64,000 nt of DNA from positions 67,307 to 131,306 of the forward strand of contig CAWFCE010000001.1 of NCBI GenBank assembly GCA_963814275.1, written 5' to 3'. Under the pieces are notes generated by a model, which saw only the letters and a list, made by a program, of their open reading frames with translations, searched no databases and had not been told where the DNA came from. Positions 37,293-47,707 of the stretch are shown here, piece after piece. Position 1 is the stretch's first letter; every line of letters starts with the position of its first letter. Both the position numbers and the translations under genes were made by a program. This stretch comes from Candidatus Parcubacteria bacterium. Lineage in GTDB: Bacteria; Patescibacteriota; Patescibacteriia; Patescibacteriales; UBA12075.

Positions 37293-39935
37293 ATGCGAAT
37301 CAGTAGGATGTTACTTTACGGAAAAAGTCTTATAAAACGGCGCCCGACCCTAATCATGGCAGGTGCGCTTTTTTTATTTTTTTCGATTTTTGCCTTTAGT
37401 TCCGTGGCTCAGGCTGTTGATTTAGGACTGAATACCGCAGCCAATATCGGTTTGCCGGTCGCACCCCAGAATGATATCCGGGAACTTTTGGTCGATATTA
37501 TCCGATATATTCTCGGTTTTTTGGGAATCATCGCCGTGGCCGTGATCATGTATGCCGGTTTCCTCTGGATGACCAGCGCCGGCGACCCGGCCCGGTTGGA
37601 GCGGGGCAAGAGAACCCTGATCAATGGGGTGGTCGGACTGATCATCATCCTGACTTCGTTCGCGATCGTGACCTTTATCGTCAACCTGTTCCACGACTCC
37701 ATATACGGACCGGGAACGAAGACGGGCCATACCAATTACGGCGGCGGGATCGGCGCGCTCGGCGCCTGCGCGGTCGAAAGCGTTTATCCCGAATACGGAC
37801 AGACCGACGTGGCCCGCAACACCCCGATCATGGTGACCTTCAAGGATCCGGTTAATCCGGTCGATATTTGCGGCAATTCCGCTTGCAGCGGCAACCCGAT
37901 CGTACCGGCCAATATCCGCATCTTCAAGTCTAATCAGGGCGATTCGTGCGAATGGGACGGCGGAGCCGGGGCTTGGATAAACTGCGATGCTTCCAATATA
38001 GTGAATGCCCTGGTCAGCCAGTCGGGAAACACTTTTGTCATTTCCCCGGCAGAATTCCTTGGTTCGCCTTCGGAAAATATCGAATATACTGTTTATTTTT
38101 CCAGTGATATCCGCGGCGAAGACGGCCGGAGCATATTGGCGACCTGCCGCAATACCGAATTCTTGTCCTGGAATTTCACTGTCAGCAACCGGGTTGACCT
38201 GGAGCCGCCGCAGGTACTCGCAAAAGGGGTTTTTCCGCCACCGGACGATTCTCCCGACAGTGAAGTAACTGCCGCAGCCGATTACGCCACTGGTTTGGCC
38301 ACGGTTGAAAAGCAGCCCCAGTTCGGTAGATCGGCCCGATTGGGCGCAGCCGGTGTGCAAAGGAGCCCTACTGCCGCTACCTGGAATAATGCCACTGCCG
38401 CGGTCAATCCCGCCTGCAGCCAAAATGGAGATATTTCCGTTTATGTCTCAGACGCTGATTCCGGGACAGTCACATTCAGTAAAGACTCTGGCGCCACTTT
38501 GCTTGGCAACGCGACAATGAGCGGCAGCCAGGTGACTTTTTCCGGTTGCTTTACCCTGACCGTTATTGGCGGATCGGGCACTCTTGCCCCCGGTGAATAT
38601 GAAACCGGCAATGCCTGGACGGTGCCGGTCGTCGGCATGGCGGTGTCCGATAATTTGCGCATCGGCAGCGTTACTTACCGATTTGTGGAAATCACGGCTA
38701 TCCCCGGGGATAATGAGATCGCCTTAGGCGGCACTGCCGCGGTAACAGCCTCTAATATTAGCTCCAAGATTAATACCAGCCATCCCCAGGTGACAAGTAC
38801 GGTGGGCGGTACCACTATCACGATAACTGCCAAGGTGCCCGGCGCCGCCGGCAACAGCATCGGCTTGTCCACAAACAACTCCGACGCTTTCAGCTTCACG
38901 CCCGCTAATCATCTGAGCGGGGGAGTGGATGCCGGAGTGACGCCGGTCAGAGAGGACGCCTGGGACCAGCCGATGAACGCCATAGTCCAGATCAATTTCA
39001 ACGAAGCGATCAACCCGATCGCGGTTTCCGGGCCGACTTCCCTGGTGGATGCCATTCGGGTTACCCGGGTCGGTTTCGGGGAAGTGGCGGGAAAGTTCGT
39101 CGTTTCCAACCAATACCGGACCGTCGAATTCATTCCCGATAACGAGTGCGGCCAGAATTCCTGCGGCGATCCGATCTATTGCCTGCCACCGGATAGCCAG
39201 ATCCAGGTTTGGCTGCACGCCGCCACCCTGGAAGCTTGCGTCAATTGTTCCGCCAAGACGCCCTATACGAGCTGCACAGCCGGCCATTGTTATGATGCTG
39301 CCGCCCTGAGAAATTATCCATTATCAAGCGCCGCGCTGGATGGGGTGATGGACGCGACCAGAAATTCCCTGGACGGTAACCGCGACAGTGACGCGGACGG
39401 TCCTGTTTCGGATTTTAGCGAAAACAACGATCCGCCTGATCCCGCGACCGGAGACAATTTCGTCTGGACATTCTATACCAATCACGATATCAATAACACT
39501 CCGCCGAGCATTTCCGTGACCGTACCGGCCAACCATCCGGCAAGCGAGAGACCGCTTGACCAGGAGATAACGATCCAGTTCGACAAGCCGATGCTTTCGA
39601 GCAGCCTGAAAACCGGCCGGACAACTATTACGCGCGACGGCGACCGGGTTACTCACCAGAATATCAATCTATGGAATATGGCCAACAGGCCGACCGGCTA
39701 CTGGATCTCTAAGGAGGATATTTATGACGGGAGCGGTTTCGTTATTTCCACCAACGCGACAATCAATCACGCCCAACTGGCCGAAACCGTAACATACCGC
39801 GTCCAGGCCGGCTCGGGGGTCAGGGATATATACCAGAATTGCTTCCGTCCTTCGGACGGCCCGGCCTGCTCGCTTAGCCCCAGCGATATTTCCTGTTGCA
39901 GCGGAACAGCCAGTACGGCAGAGACCTGTCCGTAG
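37293..39935 (+). CDS. Surface protein: a VirB2/TrbC-like two-helix pilin-type N-terminal domain fused to several SbsA/Big-like Ig domains
   Basis: After the signal peptide come LVDIIRYILGFLGIIAVAVIMYAGFLWMTSAGDPARLERGKRTLINGVVGLIIILTSFAIVTFIVNLF. Ig-like segments follow (NTPIMVTFKDPVNP..., MNAIVQINFNEAINP..., LDQEITIQFDKPMLSS...). Confidence 0.7.
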   Translation: MRISRMLLYGKSLIKRRPTLIMAGALFLFFSIFAFSSVAQAVDLGLNTAANIGLPVAPQNDIRELLVDIIRYILGFLGIIAVAVIMYAGFLWMTSAGDPARLERGKRTLINGVVGLIIILTSFAIVTFIVNLFHDSIYGPGTKTGHTNYGGGIGALGACAVESVYPEYGQTDVARNTPIMVTFKDPVNPVDICGNSACSGNPIVPANIRIFKSNQGDSCEWDGGAGAWINCDASNIVNALVSQSGNTFVISPAEFLGSPSENIEYTVYFSSDIRGEDGRSILATCRNTEFLSWNFTVSNRVDLEPPQVLAKGVFPPPDDSPDSEVTAAADYATGLATVEKQPQFGRSARLGAAGVQRSPTAATWNNATAAVNPACSQNGDISVYVSDADSGTVTFSKDSGATLLGNATMSGSQVTFSGCFTLTVIGGSGTLAPGEYETGNAWTVPVVGMAVSDNLRIGSVTYRFVEITAIPGDNEIALGGTAAVTASNISSKINTSHPQVTSTVGGTTITITAKVPGAAGNSIGLSTNNSDAFSFTPANHLSGGVDAGVTPVREDAWDQPMNAIVQINFNEAINPIAVSGPTSLVDAIRVTRVGFGEVAGKFVVSNQYRTVEFIPDNECGQNSCGDPIYCLPPDSQIQVWLHAATLEACVNCSAKTPYTSCTAGHCYDAAALRNYPLSSAALDGVMDATRNSLDGNRDSDADGPVSDFSENNDPPDPATGDNFVWTFYTNHDINNTPPSISVTVPANHPASERPLDQEITIQFDKPMLSSSLKTGRTTITRDGDRVTHQNINLWNMANRPTGYWISKEDIYDGSGFVISTNATINHAQLAETVTYRVQAGSGVRDIYQNCFRPSDGPACSLSPSDISCCSGTASTAETCP

Positions 39936-39940
39936 TTTTT

Positions 39941-40015
39941 AGTATCCAGTATTAAGTATTAGGTATTAAGCGGCTTGCTAATATACCTAATACTTAATAC
40001 CAGATACTTAATACT
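39941..40015. repeat. Short-period hairpin of the GTATTAAGTAT family
   Basis: agtatccagtattaagtattaggtattaag pairs with atacctaatacttaataccagatacttaatact. Confidence 0.7.
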
Positions 40016-40020
40016 ATTTA

Positions 40021-43000
40021 ATGAAAAGATTTCCCTATAAAATAGTAATATTTTTATTCGTCTTGACTCTTCTATCGGCAGGGTTTGCCGTCCTGCCGGT
40101 CCATGCTGCCGACCTGGGCTTGAACTATGCCGCCAATTTCGGTTTGCAGACGACCGGCACGACCGATGTCCGCGACCTGATCGTCAGTATCGTCCGGTAT
40201 TTCATCGGTTTTTTGGGCATTATCGCGGTCATTATCATCCTGTACGGCGGGTTTCTCTGGATGACTTCCGCCGGCAATGTCCAGAAAGTGGAAAAGGCCA
40301 AAAAAACATTGATTGCCGGAGTGATCGGATTGATCATAATTATGGCGGCTTTTGCCATCGTGACTTTTATCATCAACTTCGTTAACGATTCGCTCGAATC
40401 CACCTGCACCGCCGACTGTCCGGGCGGCAAATGCTGCCAGGGCGGACCGGATTACTGCTGTGATACGAGCCAGACATGCTGCAATAGCGCCGGTCCACAG
40501 TGCTGTGATGCCGGCCAGTATTGCTGCGCTACCGGTTGTTCGGCCACGCCTTGCGGCGGTATCGGTCCGGGAGAGCCGTTCCGGATCAATTCGACCAAGC
40601 CGCAAGACGCCAGCGCCAACGTCATTCAAAATGCCCGGATCCGCTTCGATTTCAATTATCGGGTCGATAGCGCGACGGTTGATGATGTTACTTTTGCCGT
40701 TAGCGGCAGCACCGGACCGATCGCCGGCATCACTACGGTAGATAGCAGCCGCATAATATTTACGCCCGCGGCCGGTTTATGCCCGGCCAATACCTGCGGG
40801 GCGGTAAATTGTTTTGCCGCCGGGGACACTGTGACAGTGGCAGCGCAGGAGATCAGGAGCTTAAGCGGCGATGAACTCGCCCAGATGATTAATCCTTTCA
40901 CCGGCTTGCCGGAAGGCTGCGGAACAGCGGCCAGTCCCTGCACCGTCACTTTCACGGTCGGGGATACCGTCGATTGCCAGGACCCGCAGGTCGGCCTCAG
41001 TTTCGACCAGGTATGCGTCGGTACCGACAATCCGCTTGACGCCTGGGCAAGCGACGACAGTTTGGTGACCAATATCGAATTATCTATCGACGGCACAATA
41101 GAAAGTGATGAGGTGAACAGCGCCAGCGACAATCCCTTTTTTGCCACTTTCCATTGGGACGGTGGCGGTTTTAGCGCCGGTGACAGCGTTACCTTCCGAG
41201 CCACCGCTTACGACCTGGACGACCACAGCAAGAGCGCTACGATCAGCCGGACCATGAGGCCGGCGCATTGCTGCGACGGACTTTTGAATATGGACGAAAC
41301 CGGCACCGATTGCGGCGGCAGCTGCGGCGCTTGCGATGGAGCGGCCTGCGGCGTGAACCTGGCGGATGATTGCGCGATTACGACAGGAGTGGATTGCAGC
41401 CTGAATAATAACCGTTGTTCATCTGATTTTTGTAGCTGTACTTCGGCCGGTACCGACTGCCAGGATGCCGGATACGACGGCGGAGTGGACGATTGCTGCC
41501 TCTGCCAGCGTCCGCCGGAAATTGACCGGATCACGCCGATGGGCGGATTTTGCCGGCAGGATGACGATTCGCCAACCAATAATCCCTGCCGCGAGGACGG
41601 CGATTGTTCCACCGGTTACTGTGATACCGATACCGCCAACGGCGCGGCCAACAATTTGATCACGATTGCCGGCCGCGGTTTCGGCACGGTTCCGGGCGCG
41701 GTGGAGATCGACGGGGAAAATGCGAGCTATTCTATTCCCGGCTGCGGCGTGACTTGGAATGACAAAGAGATCGTCGCGCAGATACCGGGTACGATCAGCT
41801 CCCCCCTCTTGAGCAATTTACTTATCCGGGTAACCGCGGATGACGGATACGAAGATACGACCGGCGCGGACGGCCGTGGTCCGGAACTTGATTTCATATA
41901 CAATTCGATAGAGCGGCCGGGATTGTGCTCTACTACTCCCGACCGCGGGCCGTTCAATACGCCGGTTAGCTACCAGGGGCTTAACATGGCCGGCGGCACC
42001 GCCTTTTTCGGCAGTTTTTCTTCGAATGTTACGGCGCTTAACTCGGTATTCGGCGGTACGAACGGTACCGCCAATGTGCCTAATATAAAAGAGGGCCAGA
42101 CTACGACATTTCTCGGCCGCGGACTGCTTAACAGTAATTTTCTCAGGTTTACGAAAACAGCTGAGCCGGTACTCGGCCCGGCCATTACCAACTTTGACCC
42201 TTCTGACGGCGCGCCGGGAACATATGTGACGATCTACGGCAACGGTTTCGGTCCGAACCGGACCGCCAGCCGCCATGTATATTTCGGGCCCGTGGGCGTG
42301 AATGAGGCCAGTTATGAATTCCCCGATGTCTGCGCCGGCGAGCTTTGGCGCGATACCCGGGTGATCGTCAAAGTGCCGGATGGACTGGTCGCGGGAAATT
42401 ATATCATAACCATGGATTTGGCCGGAACCGTGGTCGATAGCGGGGGAGACACTTTTACCGTCAACGACGTGATTCGTCCCAATCTCTGCCTGATCAAGCC
42501 GACCGTCGGTACGGTCGGTGATACGATATCGCTCTGGGGCGAGGATTTCGGCCCGGAATCGAGCGGTTCGGTATTATTTTATTCCGGTGTTAGCCAGGAT
42601 ATATTTTCTACATGGGAAAACGCGGCTGTTCCCAACAATATCATTACCACCATTCCCGATGACGCGATTACCGGACCGGTACGGGCCGTTCGTAGCGGTA
42701 ACGAAGGAAACAGCATCGATATCATTGTCGGCGAGTGCACCGGCGCGCCCGATCCGGACGCGGCTTGCGGCAGCCAGTTCTGCTGTCCGGCCGGCACATT
42801 CCGGGAAGGCCGCTGCGTCGATGATCCGGCCGATCCGGCAGACGGCTGCGATATCGGCCTGGGGTCATCGGTCTATGAATGGGAATTCAATACCAGCCTG
42901 GGTCTGGGCGGCGTCGGCGATCCCTGCCGTGATGCCTCTACTCCCAGTTGTCCGGATAATCCCGAATGTATGGACGGTTTGTTCTGTGATGCCGGCACTT

Positions 43001-46000
43001 GCCGCTGCCAGTTGTCCTGCGATTCCATTCCTTTGAATGGCCCGGGCGTATGTGATTGGTCGGATGATATGTGCTCTTCATTGGGGCCGGATTGGCAATG
43101 CAACCATGATACTTGTTTTTGCGAGGAGAACGTCGCCAATGACAGCTGCCGGGCGCGTTCGCTTCGAATCGGCAGCTGCGAGCCGTATCAGTGCCCCAAT
43201 ACCGCCGGTTTTTGCAGTCCGGACGCGCCTGAGACAGTCGATACCGGCATTGCCTGCGATTTTGACTGTAGCGGAGTTCCGGGCTGTGGCACGGGCTGCA
43301 GCAATACGGATGACCGTTGCGAGATCGATGGGTCCATTTGCTCGAAAACAGTTCAGGATTATTTCGGCAATGACGTAGTCGCCCGCTGCGAGCTTGTCGA
43401 TTCGACGGGCGAATACCGCTGGCATATCCGCACTAGCGCTTCTTGTCCCGATAGCGCATGGGAACGGACCACCAACAACCGCTGCGTCGAGGTCGGAAGC
43501 GGGGGCATATGCGAAATTTGTCCGGCCGGTTTCGGTTGTCAGGACCCGGACAAGGATGGACAAGGAAGCTGTGTTACATATAACGATCTTTGCGCCGGCG
43601 ACAGTGAATGCATTTCCGGCGATACCTGCGAATATGACGATCCGGGCGGCTGCGAATGCTGCTGCCGGATCGATTTTAGCGCCCAGGATTGCTGCCAGCC
43701 TCTGACCTGCGAAGGCAGCTGTGGTGAAGGCAGCGCCGATACCAACGGCGACGGCAGTCCGGAAGCGCTTGGCTATTGCAGCGGCTGCGCCTCCGCCGCC
43801 GACCCGACCGCGGCCTGTAATTGTGAAGGGCATACCGGACAATATTGCGACACAAGTACCAATCCGAACGGGATCTGTCTCGATTGCGCCGGCTTGTCGG
43901 CCGATCAGTGCCTTGGTCAGGACGGTTGCTGCCTTGATGCCAAACACGGCAATGTCTGCCACGGCGGCGAAAGCATCAGCGGCGGAGCGGACGATGGTTA
44001 TTGCGCTTACTTCAATTGCGATTCCGTAAATCCTTTGATCTGTGCAAGTACCGCTCCAGTGAGCGACGGAGCCTATGCAGATGTGGCCACTTGCGATACT
44101 CGCTGCCCGATAGATAATTCACCGACTACTATCGGCGCTGCCTGTATCCAGCCCAGCCTCGAAGCCTGCCATACCGGCGTCCCTGCCTGCACCAACGGCC
44201 TGGGGTGCGTTTCCAATACGGCAAATGCCGATTGCCGCTGCTGCTGCGACCCTTTTGACGCGGCCAGCTGCAATGCATTCAATCCGGCTAACCCGAATTT
44301 GGTCTGCCAGCCGGATAAATCCCCCTGTAGCGGAGACAATCGCGGCTTATGTTGCGGTTGCGGTGAAGATAATGACTGTGCGATTGACCCGCAGGATATC
44401 GGCTGCGGCACCGATACTTGCTGCCGCGCCCGGCCAAGCGTTACGGGCAATTATCCGGCGGACGGAGACGATAATGTCTGCCGCAATACGCCGATCGAAG
44501 CGGTTTTCAACCAGCCGATGGATATCGGCAGTCTGGATGGTAACGTGATAATCGTCGGCGAGTATGACGTGCCCTGCCCGGAAGGGACGGTTTATCTGGC
44601 CGTTTCCGGACGCGAGCCGGTGAGCTGGAGCCTTATGGGTCGATATTGGAATAAGTTTAAAACCGCCTGGCAGGGATTATGGGACCGCATCTCTCTGCGC
44701 GATTCCGCTTACGCCTATACCAGCCCCGGTACAGGCCATAATTATTGTGCAATATCGGTAAAAGTAAACGCCAGCAACTTGCCTGACGGCACCAGCCGGC
44801 TGGAAATATCGCCGAGCCGGCTGCTTGACGGGGATAAGCTGTATTATGCCATTGTCGGCGGTGATAAAAACCTGGACAGCCGTACAGGCGTAACAAGCCA
44901 ATGGGGAATCGGGCTTAATGCCGATTTGAGCGGACCGTACACGAGTCCGTCAGGCGGCAATAACGAATTCAACGGAATCGATTATACCCATGCCTATGTC
45001 TGGTCATTCCGTACCCTGGGCGACCAGGACCAGAATCAGGGCGTCTGTGAGATCGACCATGTGGGGATAACCCCCGTTTCCTATCTTTTTCAGACTAATA
45101 AGGACGATCCAGCGGAAAACGATAACGACATATACGATAAAAGTTTCGATACGGTCCGGGACGACGATAGGGTTTTTATCGCAACCGCCTATAATGCGAA
45201 TAATCAAAAAATAATCCCGGTTGACGGATATAAATGGGATTGGGATTGGTCGACCGATAATGCCAATATTGCGGTAATTTCCCACGAACCGACTGCCTAC
45301 ACCGCTGCTGGCGACCGGCAATTGGTCAAAGCCGCTACCTCCAGCGTGGAAGGCAATACCTATGTCAAAGCTGATATCAGTTTGACGGAAACCGGCTATT
45401 CATCGGCGGGCGACGGCAAAACCGGCGCGGCCCGGGTTTATGTCTTTATCTGTGCCAATCCCTGGCCCCCGGTAGACGGCGATGTCTGGAGCCCTTGGAT
45501 AGATGAAGGGAGCAATTGCTCGCCGGGACTTATGTTCAGTGGTTGCAGCGATACTCATTTTGAACTGTACTATTGCCGTGATAACGGCAAATACGGTACA
45601 TACGACGATTTGCCCGCAATCGTGAGCGGCGAAGACCAGATTATCCGCGGCAGGAATGGCGATATTTTGAAAGAGCTCTTCTTTCCGCGGGCGGCAGTGC
45701 CGAATTCGACCACGGAATTAACGGTGGTTAATACCGGGCAAGGCGGCAGCGCATCGACCACCTGGGCGGATATCACCAGCGACGCCAATATTGCCGGCTA
45801 TAAGCTGTATTGGGGAACTTCGTCCGGCACATATAATGATTATGCCACCATTAGAAATAACGGGACAACAAACAATGACAGCGTACTGTGCGTGAATGGT
45901 GAGCCGTCATTCAGCTGCCGGGTATCGGGACTGACCGATGGACGGACGTATTATTTTAATATGACAGCTTTTTACTCCGATCAGTCGGAAAGCGATTATT

Positions 46001-46596
46001 TCGGCGAGAAAACCGTCGAGAATATTTCCGATACGGCGGCGCCGGGCCAGCCTACGCTATATCCGGCGGTGGCGGGCGATAAGAAAGTGGATTTAACATG
46101 GTCAGCCGTTCCCGGGGCGGATAGCTATATCGTAATGTACGGCGTTCAAGACGGCGGACCTTACGGCTATACCGAAAATATCGGCAATTATACCGAGGTT
46201 AGCGTGACCGGCGCCGGTTTGGCCAATGGCAATGATTATTTTTTCCGGGTCAAAGCGGTTGACGGCGAAGGCAACGAAAGTACGCAGTCGAATCAGGTAA
46301 TTGGGATTCCCTTTGCCGCCCCCTACCAATTGAAAACATTCATTGTCGCCTCCACCACCGTATCCTTGGAATGGCAATTGGCCGCAGAGGGGGTAGGGCA
46401 GACCAGGATTAGCTGGGGTACGACACCGGCAGCCGACGCGAACAGTCAAACGCTGCCCGGCGTACAGCAAAACTATACTATTAGCAGCCTAACACCAAAT
46501 ACGCGTTATTATATCAAAGTCCAATCGTTAAATAGCGCTTCCGTTCCTAATATAAGTGAAGCCGCCGAGGTGCAGGCCGTTACTCTAACTAATTGA
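40021..46596 (+). CDS. Giant surface protein: a VirB2/TrbC-like pilin-type N-terminal domain, then Cys-rich linkers, Ig-like and IPT/TIG domains, a ~570-aa Cys-rich region and C-terminal Fn3 domains
   Basis: 2191 aa. The N-terminus is paralogous to the 880-aa neighbour (FLWMTSAGNVQKVEKAKKTLIAGVIGLIIIMAAFAIVTFI). The IPT-like segments are ITIAGRGFG and YVTIYGNGFG. The Fn3-like segments are KVDLTWSAVPGADSYIVMYG...YFFRVKAVDGEGNES and YKLYWGTSSGTYND. Confidence 0.75.
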   Translation: MKRFPYKIVIFLFVLTLLSAGFAVLPVHAADLGLNYAANFGLQTTGTTDVRDLIVSIVRYFIGFLGIIAVIIILYGGFLWMTSAGNVQKVEKAKKTLIAGVIGLIIIMAAFAIVTFIINFVNDSLESTCTADCPGGKCCQGGPDYCCDTSQTCCNSAGPQCCDAGQYCCATGCSATPCGGIGPGEPFRINSTKPQDASANVIQNARIRFDFNYRVDSATVDDVTFAVSGSTGPIAGITTVDSSRIIFTPAAGLCPANTCGAVNCFAAGDTVTVAAQEIRSLSGDELAQMINPFTGLPEGCGTAASPCTVTFTVGDTVDCQDPQVGLSFDQVCVGTDNPLDAWASDDSLVTNIELSIDGTIESDEVNSASDNPFFATFHWDGGGFSAGDSVTFRATAYDLDDHSKSATISRTMRPAHCCDGLLNMDETGTDCGGSCGACDGAACGVNLADDCAITTGVDCSLNNNRCSSDFCSCTSAGTDCQDAGYDGGVDDCCLCQRPPEIDRITPMGGFCRQDDDSPTNNPCREDGDCSTGYCDTDTANGAANNLITIAGRGFGTVPGAVEIDGENASYSIPGCGVTWNDKEIVAQIPGTISSPLLSNLLIRVTADDGYEDTTGADGRGPELDFIYNSIERPGLCSTTPDRGPFNTPVSYQGLNMAGGTAFFGSFSSNVTALNSVFGGTNGTANVPNIKEGQTTTFLGRGLLNSNFLRFTKTAEPVLGPAITNFDPSDGAPGTYVTIYGNGFGPNRTASRHVYFGPVGVNEASYEFPDVCAGELWRDTRVIVKVPDGLVAGNYIITMDLAGTVVDSGGDTFTVNDVIRPNLCLIKPTVGTVGDTISLWGEDFGPESSGSVLFYSGVSQDIFSTWENAAVPNNIITTIPDDAITGPVRAVRSGNEGNSIDIIVGECTGAPDPDAACGSQFCCPAGTFREGRCVDDPADPADGCDIGLGSSVYEWEFNTSLGLGGVGDPCRDASTPSCPDNPECMDGLFCDAGTCRCQLSCDSIPLNGPGVCDWSDDMCSSLGPDWQCNHDTCFCEENVANDSCRARSLRIGSCEPYQCPNTAGFCSPDAPETVDTGIACDFDCSGVPGCGTGCSNTDDRCEIDGSICSKTVQDYFGNDVVARCELVDSTGEYRWHIRTSASCPDSAWERTTNNRCVEVGSGGICEICPAGFGCQDPDKDGQGSCVTYNDLCAGDSECISGDTCEYDDPGGCECCCRIDFSAQDCCQPLTCEGSCGEGSADTNGDGSPEALGYCSGCASAADPTAACNCEGHTGQYCDTSTNPNGICLDCAGLSADQCLGQDGCCLDAKHGNVCHGGESISGGADDGYCAYFNCDSVNPLICASTAPVSDGAYADVATCDTRCPIDNSPTTIGAACIQPSLEACHTGVPACTNGLGCVSNTANADCRCCCDPFDAASCNAFNPANPNLVCQPDKSPCSGDNRGLCCGCGEDNDCAIDPQDIGCGTDTCCRARPSVTGNYPADGDDNVCRNTPIEAVFNQPMDIGSLDGNVIIVGEYDVPCPEGTVYLAVSGREPVSWSLMGRYWNKFKTAWQGLWDRISLRDSAYAYTSPGTGHNYCAISVKVNASNLPDGTSRLEISPSRLLDGDKLYYAIVGGDKNLDSRTGVTSQWGIGLNADLSGPYTSPSGGNNEFNGIDYTHAYVWSFRTLGDQDQNQGVCEIDHVGITPVSYLFQTNKDDPAENDNDIYDKSFDTVRDDDRVFIATAYNANNQKIIPVDGYKWDWDWSTDNANIAVISHEPTAYTAAGDRQLVKAATSSVEGNTYVKADISLTETGYSSAGDGKTGAARVYVFICANPWPPVDGDVWSPWIDEGSNCSPGLMFSGCSDTHFELYYCRDNGKYGTYDDLPAIVSGEDQIIRGRNGDILKELFFPRAAVPNSTTELTVVNTGQGGSASTTWADITSDANIAGYKLYWGTSSGTYNDYATIRNNGTTNNDSVLCVNGEPSFSCRVSGLTDGRTYYFNMTAFYSDQSESDYFGEKTVENISDTAAPGQPTLYPAVAGDKKVDLTWSAVPGADSYIVMYGVQDGGPYGYTENIGNYTEVSVTGAGLANGNDYFFRVKAVDGEGNESTQSNQVIGIPFAAPYQLKTFIVASTTVSLEWQLAAEGVGQTRISWGTTPAADANSQTLPGVQQNYTISSLTPNTRYYIKVQSLNSASVPNISEAAEVQAVTLTN

Positions 46597-46738
46597 TTAA
46601 TTGGCAAATAGACGATAAGCTGTTAAGATAAGTATTGTAATTTTTTATAAATAATTAATTCATCCCGTACTTATTAGTTGCATAGCGGTAATTACCGTTA
46701 TGTATGGGTCGGGCGCGGGATTAATTTTGTACAATAAT

Positions 46739-47545
46739 ATGTTTGATGATCTTGACCCCCAAGTAAATAAAGAAATAACAGGCAATATGCCGGCGGAACA
46801 TTCCGTTCCGGCTCCGGCAGCGAACGAAAACGCGTCGCCGGTATCTGCCCCAAATACCAGCGAACCTCCGGTTGCCGCTCCAGAAAACGGATTGGAAGAC
46901 ATATTTTCCGGTACCGATACCGGTTCGGTAGCGGAGACAACGAAACCGGAGGTATTCCAACCTAAGGAGCCGACGCCGGGAGCGGCTGGGCCGGATCTGC
47001 CGCCGCCCGCGACCAGCGGCAAGCTGCGCCGGATCCTGATGCCGGTAATATTGCTCGCCGGATTGGGCATTTTCGTAGCCGGCGGCGTATTCGGCTACCA
47101 GTACGTGATCCGGCTGATCGGCGGAAATAATGCCGTTATTGACGAGCCAATGAATGCGGAAAATACTGATTTAACGGCGATACCGGAAGAAAACGGCGGC
47201 ACAACGGAGACAAAAACCGAAAACGGCGCGTTAGAGGAAACAGATGACGCGAATTCCGCTGCCAACGTACAGCCGGTTGAACCGGTGATGACCGATTCCG
47301 ATGAGACTGTTTTAACCGACAGCGACAATGACGGCTTGTCCGACCAGGAAGAAGTCGAACTGGGCACGAACATGAACAGCGTCGACAGCGACAATGACGG
47401 TCTCTTCGATCGGGAAGAGGTAAAAGTCTATAAGACCGATCCCAATAAGGCCGATACGGACGGCGACGGTTATACTGACGGCGAAGAAGTAAGACAAGGT
47501 TATAATCCGGGCGGGGAAGGAAGGCTGTATGACCTGGACCAGTAG
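46739..47545 (+). CDS. Single-pass membrane protein with an acidic linker and TSP3-type Ca-binding repeats
   Basis: The start MFDDLDPQ parallels the paralog at 47708; the ORF is open from 46700. The TM segment is ILMPVILLAGLGIFVAGGVFGY. The repeats are DSDNDGLSDQEE, DSDNDGLFDREE and DTDGDGYTDGEE. Confidence 0.65.
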   Translation: MFDDLDPQVNKEITGNMPAEHSVPAPAANENASPVSAPNTSEPPVAAPENGLEDIFSGTDTGSVAETTKPEVFQPKEPTPGAAGPDLPPPATSGKLRRILMPVILLAGLGIFVAGGVFGYQYVIRLIGGNNAVIDEPMNAENTDLTAIPEENGGTTETKTENGALEETDDANSAANVQPVEPVMTDSDETVLTDSDNDGLSDQEEVELGTNMNSVDSDNDGLFDREEVKVYKTDPNKADTDGDGYTDGEEVRQGYNPGGEGRLYDLDQ

Positions 47546-47707
47546 GTTAAAAATACGTTTACCGATAAATCGTTATTCCATTGATAAATTTCGAAATTAG
47601 CAAAAAAATTGGATGTTTGTTAATGGATAATTCGTCGGTTTATGTGTTATAACGATAATATATAATTTTTTTGAATTCCTAATTCCAATATTTCCAATTA
47701 TCCAATT

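Noticed and set aside
37422-43962. Antisense or alternative-frame ORFs within the two pilin-fusion genes (for example 37422..38423 minus, 38724..39287 minus, 40072..40629 minus, 43078..43962 minus, 42518..43036 plus).
   Set aside because: They overlap well-supported long sense ORFs. Their composition is low-complexity Ala/Arg/Gly typical of wrong-frame reading of GC-rich codons.
37293-46596. The pilin-like domains as evidence of a conjugative or type IV secretion locus.
   Set aside because: No VirB4, VirB6, VirB8-11, VirD4 or relaxase-like ORFs are in the window. The pilin-like segment is only the N-terminal ~130 aa of giant ectoproteins.
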